This document shows, piece after piece, positions 10,115 to 19,033 of a stretch of 64,000 nucleotides of DNA. The stretch covers positions 6,494 to 70,493 of the forward strand of contig JBCCYL010000029.1 in assembly GCA_039189765.1 (NCBI GenBank), written 5' to 3'. The DNA is from Cyanobacteria bacterium P01_F01_bin.150. GTDB taxonomy: Bacteria > Cyanobacteriota > Cyanobacteriia > CAKZMO01. Position 1 is the first letter of the stretch; every line of letters begins with the position of its first letter. Under the pieces are notes generated by a model. The model saw only the letters and a program-made list of their open reading frames with translations. It had not been told where the DNA came from and made no database searches. Both the position numbers and the translations under genes were made by a program.

Positions 10115-11443
10115 ATGGATGATCGAGAGTTCCTACGATTTTTTGATGCCTGTGATCCGAGCCGCACTTTAATTCCCACTGAAGCAGAGGATCAAAAGTA
10201 TTATGTTGATTTTGCCTCGGTGCGAGGTGGCCGGATTATTAAGACGTTAGAGCGCACAATTTTAATGCAGGCTCGTCTAAATAAGCCCACCTGTCAACTC
10301 TTCACTGGACATATTGGCTGTGGTAAGTCAACAGAACTGAGGAAACTCCAAGCGGATTTAGAAGAACAAAATTTCCATGTCGTATATTTTGAATCCACTG
10401 AAGATTTGGACATGGCCGATGTGGATGTAACAGACGTTCTGTTAGCGATTACTCGACAAATCAGTGTCAGCTTAGGAGAGATCGGCATTCAATTAAGTCC
10501 TGGTTATTTTGAAAATCTCTTCGGTGAAATGGTTGATTTCCTGGGTGCCCCCATTGAGTTATCAGCACAGGCTAAGTTCTCGTTGCCGTTGGGGTTAGGT
10601 GAGATTTTAGCCAAAACGCGAGAGAGTCCGACGCTACGGCAGCGCCTACGGCAATATTTAGAACCCCAGACTGAAAAAATTCTGACAACGCTCAATAAGC
10701 ATGTTTTAAAGATTGCAAACAAGAAGTTAAGGAACCATAATAAGCGAGGCTTAGTGGTTCTGGTGGATAACTTGGATCGGGTGGATAATCGCAAGTTGGA
10801 GGGGGCAGAGCGATCGCAGCCCGAGTATCTTTTCGTTGACCGGGGTGATCAACTGCGAAAACTAGACTGCCACGTGGTGTACACCATTCCTCTATCGCTG
10901 ATTTTTTCCAACGATTACCAAGCGTTACTGAATCGTTTTGGTGGGGGTATTGCGCCCAAAACGTTGCCTATGGTGCCTGTAATTCAGCGTAATGGGAATG
11001 ACCATACGGAAGGGTTGACCTTACTCAAAACAATGGTGATGGCTCGGGCCTTCCCAGGTGTTGATATGGCAATCGTATGTCAGATCAGTTACGTTGAACA
11101 AATATTTGAGTCAGAGGCGACGCTCGATCGACTTTGTACTATGAGCGGCGGTCATGTTCGCACCCTCTTAGGAATGCTTTATCGCTGCTTGCAAGAGGCT
11201 GATCCTCCCATCGATTTGGAGCTACTGAACCGTGTCATCCAAGAATATTCAGATCGGGCCTGTTTGGCGGTGACCCCTGATGAAAAAGAAATGCTAGAAA
11301 TCGTGCATCAAACCAAAAAAGTGACGGGAGAAGAGGGACATGAAACATTATTACGGAGCTTGTTTGTTTTTGAATATCCTGGTGATCAGAATGGAGGTTG
11401 GTTTGACGTTAACCCACTTCTAATGTCATTGATTAACGTTTAA
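10115..11443 (+). CDS. P-loop ATPase (AAA-like), partner of the downstream STAND protein
   Basis: Walker A GHIGCGKST, Walker B VVLVDNLD, SGGHVR, C-terminal WFDVNPL. The ORF track starts at 10073. Confidence 0.88.
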   Translation: MDDREFLRFFDACDPSRTLIPTEAEDQKYYVDFASVRGGRIIKTLERTILMQARLNKPTCQLFTGHIGCGKSTELRKLQADLEEQNFHVVYFESTEDLDMADVDVTDVLLAITRQISVSLGEIGIQLSPGYFENLFGEMVDFLGAPIELSAQAKFSLPLGLGEILAKTRESPTLRQRLRQYLEPQTEKILTTLNKHVLKIANKKLRNHNKRGLVVLVDNLDRVDNRKLEGAERSQPEYLFVDRGDQLRKLDCHVVYTIPLSLIFSNDYQALLNRFGGGIAPKTLPMVPVIQRNGNDHTEGLTLLKTMVMARAFPGVDMAIVCQISYVEQIFESEATLDRLCTMSGGHVRTLLGMLYRCLQEADPPIDLELLNRVIQEYSDRACLAVTPDEKEMLEIVHQTKKVTGEEGHETLLRSLFVFEYPGDQNGGWFDVNPLLMSLINV

Positions 11444-11567
11444 TGAGTCTCTATTCACACTGCTATAGAGGCTAAGTATCAGTTTTTCTCAATATTGCTT
11501 TATTCCTGATTCTCGTTTGCTATGATTTATTACATTTATTTATGTCGTATTATTTGGACGTTAGATC

Positions 11568-14500
11568 ATGTCCCAAAGTGTAGCCTCCGAAAACGAACGA
11601 ACTCTGAAAACACTCTGCCGCACAATTCGTTTAACTAGTCAACGCAGATTTGAACTCATCATTGTACGGTGTAACTATCAAAAACTACAGAAAAGACTGT
11701 TATTCCAGTTGCACAAAAATTGCCCCATTCCTTTTGAGGAATTGGCACTACCAAGAACATCCCAAACCCTATATACGTTAATTGAGACCTCTTATACAGA
11801 AAAATGGCCAGAGGCTCTTTGTGTTTGGGGGTTTGAGGAAGTAGACGATTTAGAGACTCTATTATTAGCGACTAATCAAGTTAGGGAAGAATTTAGAAAA
11901 AACTTCAAATTTCCATTAGTCCTATGGTTAAATGATCAGATTCTAACTGAATTAATTCGGCTTGTTCCTGATTTTTATAGTTGGGCAACGCCGCTATCTT
12001 TTAATCTGTCTAATCAAGAATTAGTGGATTTGATCAAAAGTAGTTCTGATACCTTATTTGAACATGCTTTTAACGCCAGCGATCAGTATCCAGTCAGAAA
12101 AACTGTTTTGGAACTAGCCGTTAATGCCCCTAAGTTGCAAGAGCTTAAAATTGCTAAAAATGAGTTAGAAAATCGAAATTATCCCCTAGAGGCTGAACTA
12201 CAAGCGAGTATTAACTTAGCATTAGGGCGTGATTTCTATCGTCGAGATCAATTGGGTAAAGCTGAGGAAAAATACCAACAAAGCCTTGCCTATTGGGCAG
12301 ATACTCAACAAACTCAACGATCGGCTATGGTTTTATTCCACCTCGGTCTTTGTTATTGGCGTAAAGCCTATCTTGAACGATTAGCGCCGGAAATGTGTTG
12401 GAAATTAGCTAAAAAGTGCTTTGCAGATTGCTTAGAGAGTTTAGAGAGTTTAGACGCAGATCAATCGCAACGGCTTGTTGCTAATTTTATTGGCCAACTC
12501 GGTGAGGTATTGCAGCAGCTTGGCGAATGGGATGCACTCCAAACGTTAGCAGAAAATTCTTTAAGGTTACACCAAAAATTTTCCCATCCAGCAAGATTAG
12601 CCAGAGATTGGGGATTTCTGGCATCGATTGCTCTGCATCACTCTGACTGGGACAAAACGTATCTCAATGCCCAAAAAGCGCTGCAAGCTTTGGAGGACTC
12701 AAGAGAAGGCGATCGTCAACGTAAAGGACTATATTTATGGCTCTTGGCCCAGGCTCAGAAACAGCTTGGGGCAATTGATGGGGCGATCGATAGCTTGGAA
12801 GCTGCAAAGAAAACGGGCCAGTTCCAAAATGATCCGCTCATTTATATTCAAATTTTAAAGGCATTACGTGATCTTTATTTTCAACAAGGTCGCTATATCG
12901 AGGCGTTTGATGTTAAACAAGAACAACAAGCGGTTGAAAGCCAGTATGGGTACCGGGCTTTTATTGGAGCTAGTCGCTTACGGCCATTACGGGACGTTGG
13001 ATTAGCCTTACTAGCGAGTGAACCATCGGAGGCGATCGCCCAAGAATTATCGGTTTCAGTCCGCCATCAGGACATCAGCAGTTTGTTGGAACGACTGGCA
13101 CGCCCTAATTATAAATTGACCATTATTCACGGTCAGTCTGGAGTTGGCAAAAGTTCTATGATGAGCGCGGGTTTGGTGCCTACGCTCAAGCACAAAATTA
13201 TGAATAGTCGTGACGTTGTCCCCGTTTATTGCCAGTTTTATGGCAATTGGGAAGAGCACCTATGCCAATGTATGAATATAAGCCTAGAACCCTATCCAGA
13301 TGCACGGAGAAAAGAATTAAAATCGTCGCTTGATATTCTCCACCAAATCCGTCGTAATGATACTCAAAACCTCTTGACAGTATTAATTTTTGATCAGTTT
13401 GAAGAATTTTTTATCAACTGCGAGACACCAAATAAGCGTAGACCTTTCTTTGATTTTTTAAACCAGTGCTTTCAACTTCCTTTTATCAAAGTTTTACTAG
13501 TCCTTCGAGAAGACTACTTACACTATCTACTAGAATATGAACGGCTTCCTAGCAATAGCTATATTACTCAAAATATTCTCAAGCAAACAAATCGTTTTGA
13601 ACTGATCAATTTTTCTGAAGAAGATACAAAAGAGATTATCACTAGATTAACGGAACGATCAAGTATTACTTGGGAACCTCAACTCGTTGATGCTGTTGTT
13701 CATGATTTAGCTCAAGAGCAAGGAAGTATCCGCCCTATTGAATTACAAATTGTTGGTGCTCAACTTCAAGCTGAAAATATTAATACTCTCTCTGCCTATG
13801 AAGACAAGGGAACAAAAGATAAATTAGTTCAGCGCTATTTAGAAACAGTTGTTGAAGACTGTGGCCCTGAAAACAGGAAAGCGGCTAATTTAATATTATA
13901 TCTCCTGTTAGTAGATAAGGATACACGTCCACAACGAACAAAAGAAGAAATTGGAATAGAGCTAAAAAGATTAGCTATTGACTTGATTGAAGAATCAAAT
14001 CGTCTAGATTTAGTGCTCCAAATATTTGTCAAATCAGGTTTAGTTTTCCTTCTTCCAGAGACTCCTTCCAGTAGATATCAACTTGTTCATGATTATCTAG
14101 CTACCTTTATTCGGCGTCAGCAGCAACCTGATATCAATGCACGGATTGCACATTTAGAACGTGAGAAGAAAAATCTTAAACAGGTTATCACTGCATTAGA
14201 ACAAGAACAGGAACAACGTTTTAAGACGGAAGAAGAACTTAATGCAACTGCTAAAGAACTTACTGTAACAGCACAAGAACTGAAGAAAACGGCACATACT
14301 AATAAAGAGACTAAGAAGAGGCTAGCAGTTTGGTCAGGAGTTTTGGGAGTGGCTTTTTTAGTTGTATCAGCTCTAGGATTAACGGCCTACTTTAGGTTGC
14401 AACAAACACGTACGGAGTTTGATCTAGAACAAAAAAGTTGGGAAGCTTTACAACAGTTTCACACTCAACCACTACAAGGCTTAATTGCAGCCATGAATGT

Positions 14501-16508
14501 GGGTATTCAATTTCAAGAATTTAAAGACAAAAATAGTGAAACGACCCTTACGACTCCCATCTTTGCGCTACACAAAATGCTGAGCAATATCCGGTTACAG
14601 AACACGCTCGCTGCACATGATGCTGAAATCTATGCAGTAGCTTTCAATGACAGTAGCAATCATTATCTTGTAACAGGTTCACAAGATACAACAGCTCGAC
14701 TGTGGAATTTAAAGACAGGTGATAGTATTCCTTTAGAGGGGCACGAGAAAGCAGTTCTTGATGTGAGCTTTAGCCCTCAGGGTCAGCATATTGCGACGGC
14801 ATCCGCAGATGGAACGGTTAAATTTTGGAACTATGATGGCACAATCCATCATGAGTGCTCAATGCAGGATGATGTTTTGAGTATTGATTTCAAAAAAAAT
14901 GGAGACTTTATAGCTGCTATTGGAAACGGGAAACTCCAACTTCGAAAACCAGAATGTGAACTAATTTCTGAAGGCATCACAGAGTCAAAAACACCTGTCT
15001 TTAGTATAGACTTTAGTGATGACGAAAGCATGCTTGTAGCAGGCGATGAAAAAGGCAGTGTTAGTATCTGGCAAGTGAGTCAAAATGCTCTTAGCCAACT
15101 CAAAAGTTTAAACCTCCATAATCAGTCGGTGGAAGATGTAGCATTCAGTCCTGGCGACAGCAGTGTTGTAACAGTTTCCTCTGACGGTACAGGTAATATT
15201 TGGCGTCTTCAAGATGATGACATTTTGAACTTTGAGGCAAAAGGTGCCCCAATAAGAAGTATTACTTCAATATCTTCTCAGCGTAGCCGAGAAGATATTG
15301 TAACTTCTTCAGATGACAACATGGCTAGGCTATGGGATCTTCAAGGACAAGAAAAATTTAGCTTTAAAGGTCATAGGAATGTCGTTAGAGATGTTGCCTT
15401 TGATTCAACAACACAAACTTTAGCAACAGTTTCTGATGATAGATCGGTTAAACTGTGGAACTTAAATAATAATCTATTTAGACCTAGAAGAATCAACCTT
15501 CTTCACGAGTCCATTGATGCTTCTAATATTAATGTTTCTAGTGTCAGCTATGATAATAATCTGTTGGCAGCATCTTCTGGGCACGGTACTATTTATATTT
15601 TAGATTTCAGAAGCAATACTATTCTAGCTAGTTTTTCACCTTATATAAATCAAAACAGAGATGAAAAACACCACATACTTGACCTTAAGTTTCATCCAAG
15701 AAATTACACACTTGTGACTGCTTCAAATTATGGTCAAGTGATTCTATGGTCACAACATGGGGAAAAAATTAAGGAACTCCAAAAATCTTATTACCCTAAT
15801 TTTCAAGATACAAAGTTAGCATTTGATTCTACTGGTACTCAGGTAGCAATTGCAAATTCAGAAGGTACAGTTCGTATTGTAAACCTTGAGGGTGAAAGCC
15901 TTGACCAACAGAAGCTCCATAATGAGAAAATCACAGATATTAAATTCAACAATGATGGTGGTATTATCGTTACAGCATCCGTAGATCAAACAGCCTGTTT
16001 TTGGCAACTGGATACATTACCTGTCTGCAGTGAAAAATATGGAAGTCAGCTTGTTAGTGTTGCTATTAATCCAGAAAATACTTTGGTTATTTCTGATTTA
16101 GAAGGGACAATTAATATTTGGCACCCGACTAAACAGCAGTCATCAAATACCGATGATATTGTGTCCTCCAGCACCCGCTCTATCAACGACATTATTTTCG
16201 ATAAAAGCGGTAGATTTGCAACTGCCTCAGCCGATGGTTCCGCAGCTCTATGGTCAGGAGAGGGTAAACCTCTAGCAGAATTTCAAGGACATCGGACACC
16301 CGTCCAGAACATCTTTTTTACTAATGATGCTCAAGAACTATTGACGATTTCTAGTGATGGTCAAATTCGTCAATGGGAAATTCAAAGTCTTGATGATCTT
16401 TTAAACGAAGGATGTGAGTGGCTCTCCAATTACTTAAGATTTAGGAAAAATAGCAAGCCTACAGAGGAGCAAAAAATAGTTAATTTTTGCTCCTCCATCT
16501 CAGATTAA
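11568..16508 (+). CDS. TPR + nSTAND1-type NTPase + coiled coil + TM + WD40 repeat protein
   Basis: TPR-like helices; Walker A GQSGVGKSS; Walker B LIFDQFEE; YQLVHDYL; TM LAVWSGVLGVAFLVVSALGLTAYF; about 14 WD40 repeats. Confidence 0.9.
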   Translation: MSQSVASENERTLKTLCRTIRLTSQRRFELIIVRCNYQKLQKRLLFQLHKNCPIPFEELALPRTSQTLYTLIETSYTEKWPEALCVWGFEEVDDLETLLLATNQVREEFRKNFKFPLVLWLNDQILTELIRLVPDFYSWATPLSFNLSNQELVDLIKSSSDTLFEHAFNASDQYPVRKTVLELAVNAPKLQELKIAKNELENRNYPLEAELQASINLALGRDFYRRDQLGKAEEKYQQSLAYWADTQQTQRSAMVLFHLGLCYWRKAYLERLAPEMCWKLAKKCFADCLESLESLDADQSQRLVANFIGQLGEVLQQLGEWDALQTLAENSLRLHQKFSHPARLARDWGFLASIALHHSDWDKTYLNAQKALQALEDSREGDRQRKGLYLWLLAQAQKQLGAIDGAIDSLEAAKKTGQFQNDPLIYIQILKALRDLYFQQGRYIEAFDVKQEQQAVESQYGYRAFIGASRLRPLRDVGLALLASEPSEAIAQELSVSVRHQDISSLLERLARPNYKLTIIHGQSGVGKSSMMSAGLVPTLKHKIMNSRDVVPVYCQFYGNWEEHLCQCMNISLEPYPDARRKELKSSLDILHQIRRNDTQNLLTVLIFDQFEEFFINCETPNKRRPFFDFLNQCFQLPFIKVLLVLREDYLHYLLEYERLPSNSYITQNILKQTNRFELINFSEEDTKEIITRLTERSSITWEPQLVDAVVHDLAQEQGSIRPIELQIVGAQLQAENINTLSAYEDKGTKDKLVQRYLETVVEDCGPENRKAANLILYLLLVDKDTRPQRTKEEIGIELKRLAIDLIEESNRLDLVLQIFVKSGLVFLLPETPSSRYQLVHDYLATFIRRQQQPDINARIAHLEREKKNLKQVITALEQEQEQRFKTEEELNATAKELTVTAQELKKTAHTNKETKKRLAVWSGVLGVAFLVVSALGLTAYFRLQQTRTEFDLEQKSWEALQQFHTQPLQGLIAAMNVGIQFQEFKDKNSETTLTTPIFALHKMLSNIRLQNTLAAHDAEIYAVAFNDSSNHYLVTGSQDTTARLWNLKTGDSIPLEGHEKAVLDVSFSPQGQHIATASADGTVKFWNYDGTIHHECSMQDDVLSIDFKKNGDFIAAIGNGKLQLRKPECELISEGITESKTPVFSIDFSDDESMLVAGDEKGSVSIWQVSQNALSQLKSLNLHNQSVEDVAFSPGDSSVVTVSSDGTGNIWRLQDDDILNFEAKGAPIRSITSISSQRSREDIVTSSDDNMARLWDLQGQEKFSFKGHRNVVRDVAFDSTTQTLATVSDDRSVKLWNLNNNLFRPRRINLLHESIDASNINVSSVSYDNNLLAASSGHGTIYILDFRSNTILASFSPYINQNRDEKHHILDLKFHPRNYTLVTASNYGQVILWSQHGEKIKELQKSYYPNFQDTKLAFDSTGTQVAIANSEGTVRIVNLEGESLDQQKLHNEKITDIKFNNDGGIIVTASVDQTACFWQLDTLPVCSEKYGSQLVSVAINPENTLVISDLEGTINIWHPTKQQSSNTDDIVSSSTRSINDIIFDKSGRFATASADGSAALWSGEGKPLAEFQGHRTPVQNIFFTNDAQELLTISSDGQIRQWEIQSLDDLLNEGCEWLSNYLRFRKNSKPTEEQKIVNFCSSISD

Positions 16509-16525
16509 ATGTAGCGTTATAATCT

Positions 16526-16819
16526 CTACCAATTAGACCAATTGTTCCAATTAGACCAGTTTCCCCAGTCAAACCTTCGAGATTGAGGTAGCACTTTACC
16601 CTTGACATAATCTAAATCCCAACCATAGCCTAATGATTGTTTTCTTACAGTCTCGACCCTTTCTCTAACCGAAGTATTTGATTTGACTGTGGCACTTTCT
16701 GCCCTAGAATTGAAGATATTAGTAATAGGGTAAAGTACAATTTGCGAAATTAAAATGGTGCTAAGGAGTCTGTAAATTTTATTGATTCTAATCATGGGGG
16801 ACAGTTTGAATAACGACAA
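16526..16819 (-). CDS. RiPP precursor 2 (GrrA/OscA-like triceptide precursor), core WGNWSNWNNWSNW
   Basis: Hydrophobic N-terminus, leader motif SVRERVETVRK, four tandem WxN plus terminal W; same strand as and downstream of the rSAM gene. Alternative ATG at 16795. Confidence 0.85.
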   Translation of the reverse strand: MSLFKLSPMIRINKIYRLLSTILISQIVLYPITNIFNSRAESATVKSNTSVRERVETVRKQSLGYGWDLDYVKGKVLPQSRRFDWGNWSNWNNWSNW

Positions 16820-17279
16820 TATTGATTGCGATACATTTTAATTATCCATATAATACAGTTAGTACAAGACGTGAATGTGACACTAGAGCAAACTGCCTAA
16901 ATTTTCTCTAGAGTTAGCCTGAAGGCTATTGATTGAAGGAAAACATTGGCTATCTTACAGTAGTCAAAACTAAAATTGTCACACAAACAGAACATAGAGC
17001 TTGTCAAGTTGAAATTAACCAACAAGGCCATCAAAATGTCATCCTGAATCTAGTATTGGATAATTCTCATATACACATATACGAAAATCTACTAGCCTTA
17101 CAGGAAATTACTCTAACTTTTCATGAACTCCCTCATTCTTTTATTAGTTCGCAAGAACTATTTATGGATTTGGATAGTAGCCCCTAGGAAAAAACTTGTA
17201 AAATACTAAGAATTTTCTACCAATATCAAACACCTTTATCATTACATACTAAATAGCTTTCATCGCTTATTTGCCCCTG

Positions 17280-17333
17280 AAAAATAGAAGAAACGCCAGC
17301 CTCTTCAAAAATGTACTCAAAGCTGACGTTTCT
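17280..17333 (-). terminator. Possible terminator downstream of precursor 1
   Basis: agaaacgccagc...gctgacgtttct imperfect stem with an A-run on its left; the loop is long (about 21 nt). Confidence 0.3.
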
Positions 17334-17556
17334 AATAAATTTGGTAGCTCAGCCTGGAAAAAAGTAATAATACCTTGTCTCAGTCAAGAGCTTTGACAAC
17401 TTGATGGATTGCCTCAAGTGCGATCGCTTTTCACCTAAATTAGTTCGCATAAACAGATTTAGGCACAAACAAAACTAAAACGGTCCACACAATATCAGAG
17501 TTCTAGTGCTAATCTGAGCAATCAATTAATGGTTTATTTGTTCTAGTGAAATAGAA

Positions 17557-17895
17557 TTACCAATTATCCCAGTTGCTCCAGTTAGCCCAGTTAGCCCAGT
17601 TGTTCCATGCGGCTTTAACTATTCGCTCTGAGTTCAGCGCTAGTGAGTAGTTTTCTGATGCAGGAATATGGTGTCCCTGCGATAAATCGTTGGCCTTATT
17701 AAACTGAGAGCTATCATTATTTTTACGAACTCGGTTAATACGTGATTTCAACTCCTGTTCTTGATGTTCTAGAGAATATTCGCTTCGGCTATAGGCAAGT
17801 GTAGCAACATTGTCAGTCAGTATCAGAGATACAGCGGCCACGCAAACAGTTAAAAACGGTGCGAAAAGTCCTGTTAGAGAAGCTTTTTGGTTCAT
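17557..17895 (-). CDS. RiPP precursor 1 (GrrA/OscA-like triceptide precursor), core WNNWANWANWSNWDNW
   Basis: Signal-peptide-like N-terminus, leader motif LKSRINRVRK, five tandem WxN plus terminal W. Confidence 0.88.
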   Translation of the reverse strand: MNQKASLTGLFAPFLTVCVAAVSLILTDNVATLAYSRSEYSLEHQEQELKSRINRVRKNNDSSQFNKANDLSQGHHIPASENYSLALNSERIVKAAWNNWANWANWSNWDNW

Positions 17896-17947
17896 GAGAA
17901 ATCAATGGGGGACGAAATGGTTACTATTGCTCTTTCAACCTTAGGAA

Positions 17948-17977
17948 TTGTGGTAAATCCTCAAGGATTTACCACAA
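17948..17977. promoter_or_regulatory. Perfect 13-bp inverted repeat upstream of precursor 1
   Basis: ttgtggtaaatcc-tcaa-ggatttaccacaa, with no U-tract on either side. Confidence 0.5.
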
Positions 17978-18090
17978 ACTTAAAACTTGAAGGAGCACTA
18001 CATTAATATTCGCTTATGCAATTATAGTTGCGAACGAAAGTACCGCCCTCAGTGACTTGTCTCACACGTAAGCGGTTCGAGTATTTAAGG

Positions 18091-18987
18091 TTACAGTTTA
18101 AAGTGTCCCCTGATTGTTAGCTGAACATCGGAGTGATTTTGGTCTAAGGTAGACCCCTCGTGAAGAATATTCTCTGTGGGAGCAATGTAGGCTTCTCCGG
18201 GAGAAATGCGTACTTTTATTACTGGATAGTTTGGGTAACGTTTTGCGAAGGCATTCTTCAACGTCAGCGGAGAGACTTTGCTTAAACTGAGGCGATTTTT
18301 ATAGAACAGATTGCGTCCTTTCCACTGCACTTGTCTCGATATTTTTAAACTATTTTCTGGGAGGAACTCTGGATGACGCAACACTATTAACATGTCTATT
18401 AGGGTGAGGTTGATGAAGAGGAAGTGGCGATCGCTCTCCCCCAAATTAATGCAAATCCGATTGGTTGATTGATGACGATATTGCAGAGGTAACCGATCCC
18501 AACTGTCCAGATGCAGGCCAATGTAGTGGCCTGCTGTCGGATTGATTGTAACAGTTGGTAAATTGGGCCAGCTAATGCCAATACCCGCTAGAGTTGGCTC
18601 TCCTTTATTGCAGTGGGATTTGAAAAACGTCAAGATCGGTTCAGTTGCTTTCCCATACTCCGGTGTGCTGAGCTGGTGATTATCGTCGGGAGTCAGTTGA
18701 CTGATATTCAATTGACGTAGAGGAGCCAAAATATGGTCTGGAACCGAGAAGATTCCGACAGTCCGACTGTAATCACTGGCTTGACGATGGGTGATTAACG
18801 TTTTGGATTGTTCTGATGATAATTCTTGCCATGTATCTTGTGGAATATAGGCATCTTTGGAAAAGGCGAGATTAGGGAAGTGGTCGGCAGTAGGTTGTTG
18901 GATGCCTGAATTAATCCATACACGAGATTTAGATACGTCCAACGTGGAATCAAGGTACAGTTGAACGCTATCCAGAAGCTGAGTCAT
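18091..18987 (-). CDS. Uncharacterised protein with HxD...H triad (putative Fe(II)/2OG-like oxygenase) in the RiPP locus
   Basis: GLHLDSWD, NRICINLG, GEAYIAPTENILHEG and TIRGHF motifs. The ATG at 18987 removes the overlap with the rSAM gene (ORF track start 19092). Confidence 0.7.
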   Translation of the reverse strand: MTQLLDSVQLYLDSTLDVSKSRVWINSGIQQPTADHFPNLAFSKDAYIPQDTWQELSSEQSKTLITHRQASDYSRTVGIFSVPDHILAPLRQLNISQLTPDDNHQLSTPEYGKATEPILTFFKSHCNKGEPTLAGIGISWPNLPTVTINPTAGHYIGLHLDSWDRLPLQYRHQSTNRICINLGESDRHFLFINLTLIDMLIVLRHPEFLPENSLKISRQVQWKGRNLFYKNRLSLSKVSPLTLKNAFAKRYPNYPVIKVRISPGEAYIAPTENILHEGSTLDQNHSDVQLTIRGHFKL

Positions 18988-19033
18988 AATGCAACCATTA
19001 ACGAAGGGGACTAGCACTACATTCTTTGCCCCA

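Noticed and set aside
16933-17187. 84-aa + strand ORF between the two precursors; also searched this gap for a third WxN precursor
   Set aside because: TTG start, antisense to the locus, AT-rich and without motifs; I saw no further periodic cca-(a/g)tt units in 16820-17556.
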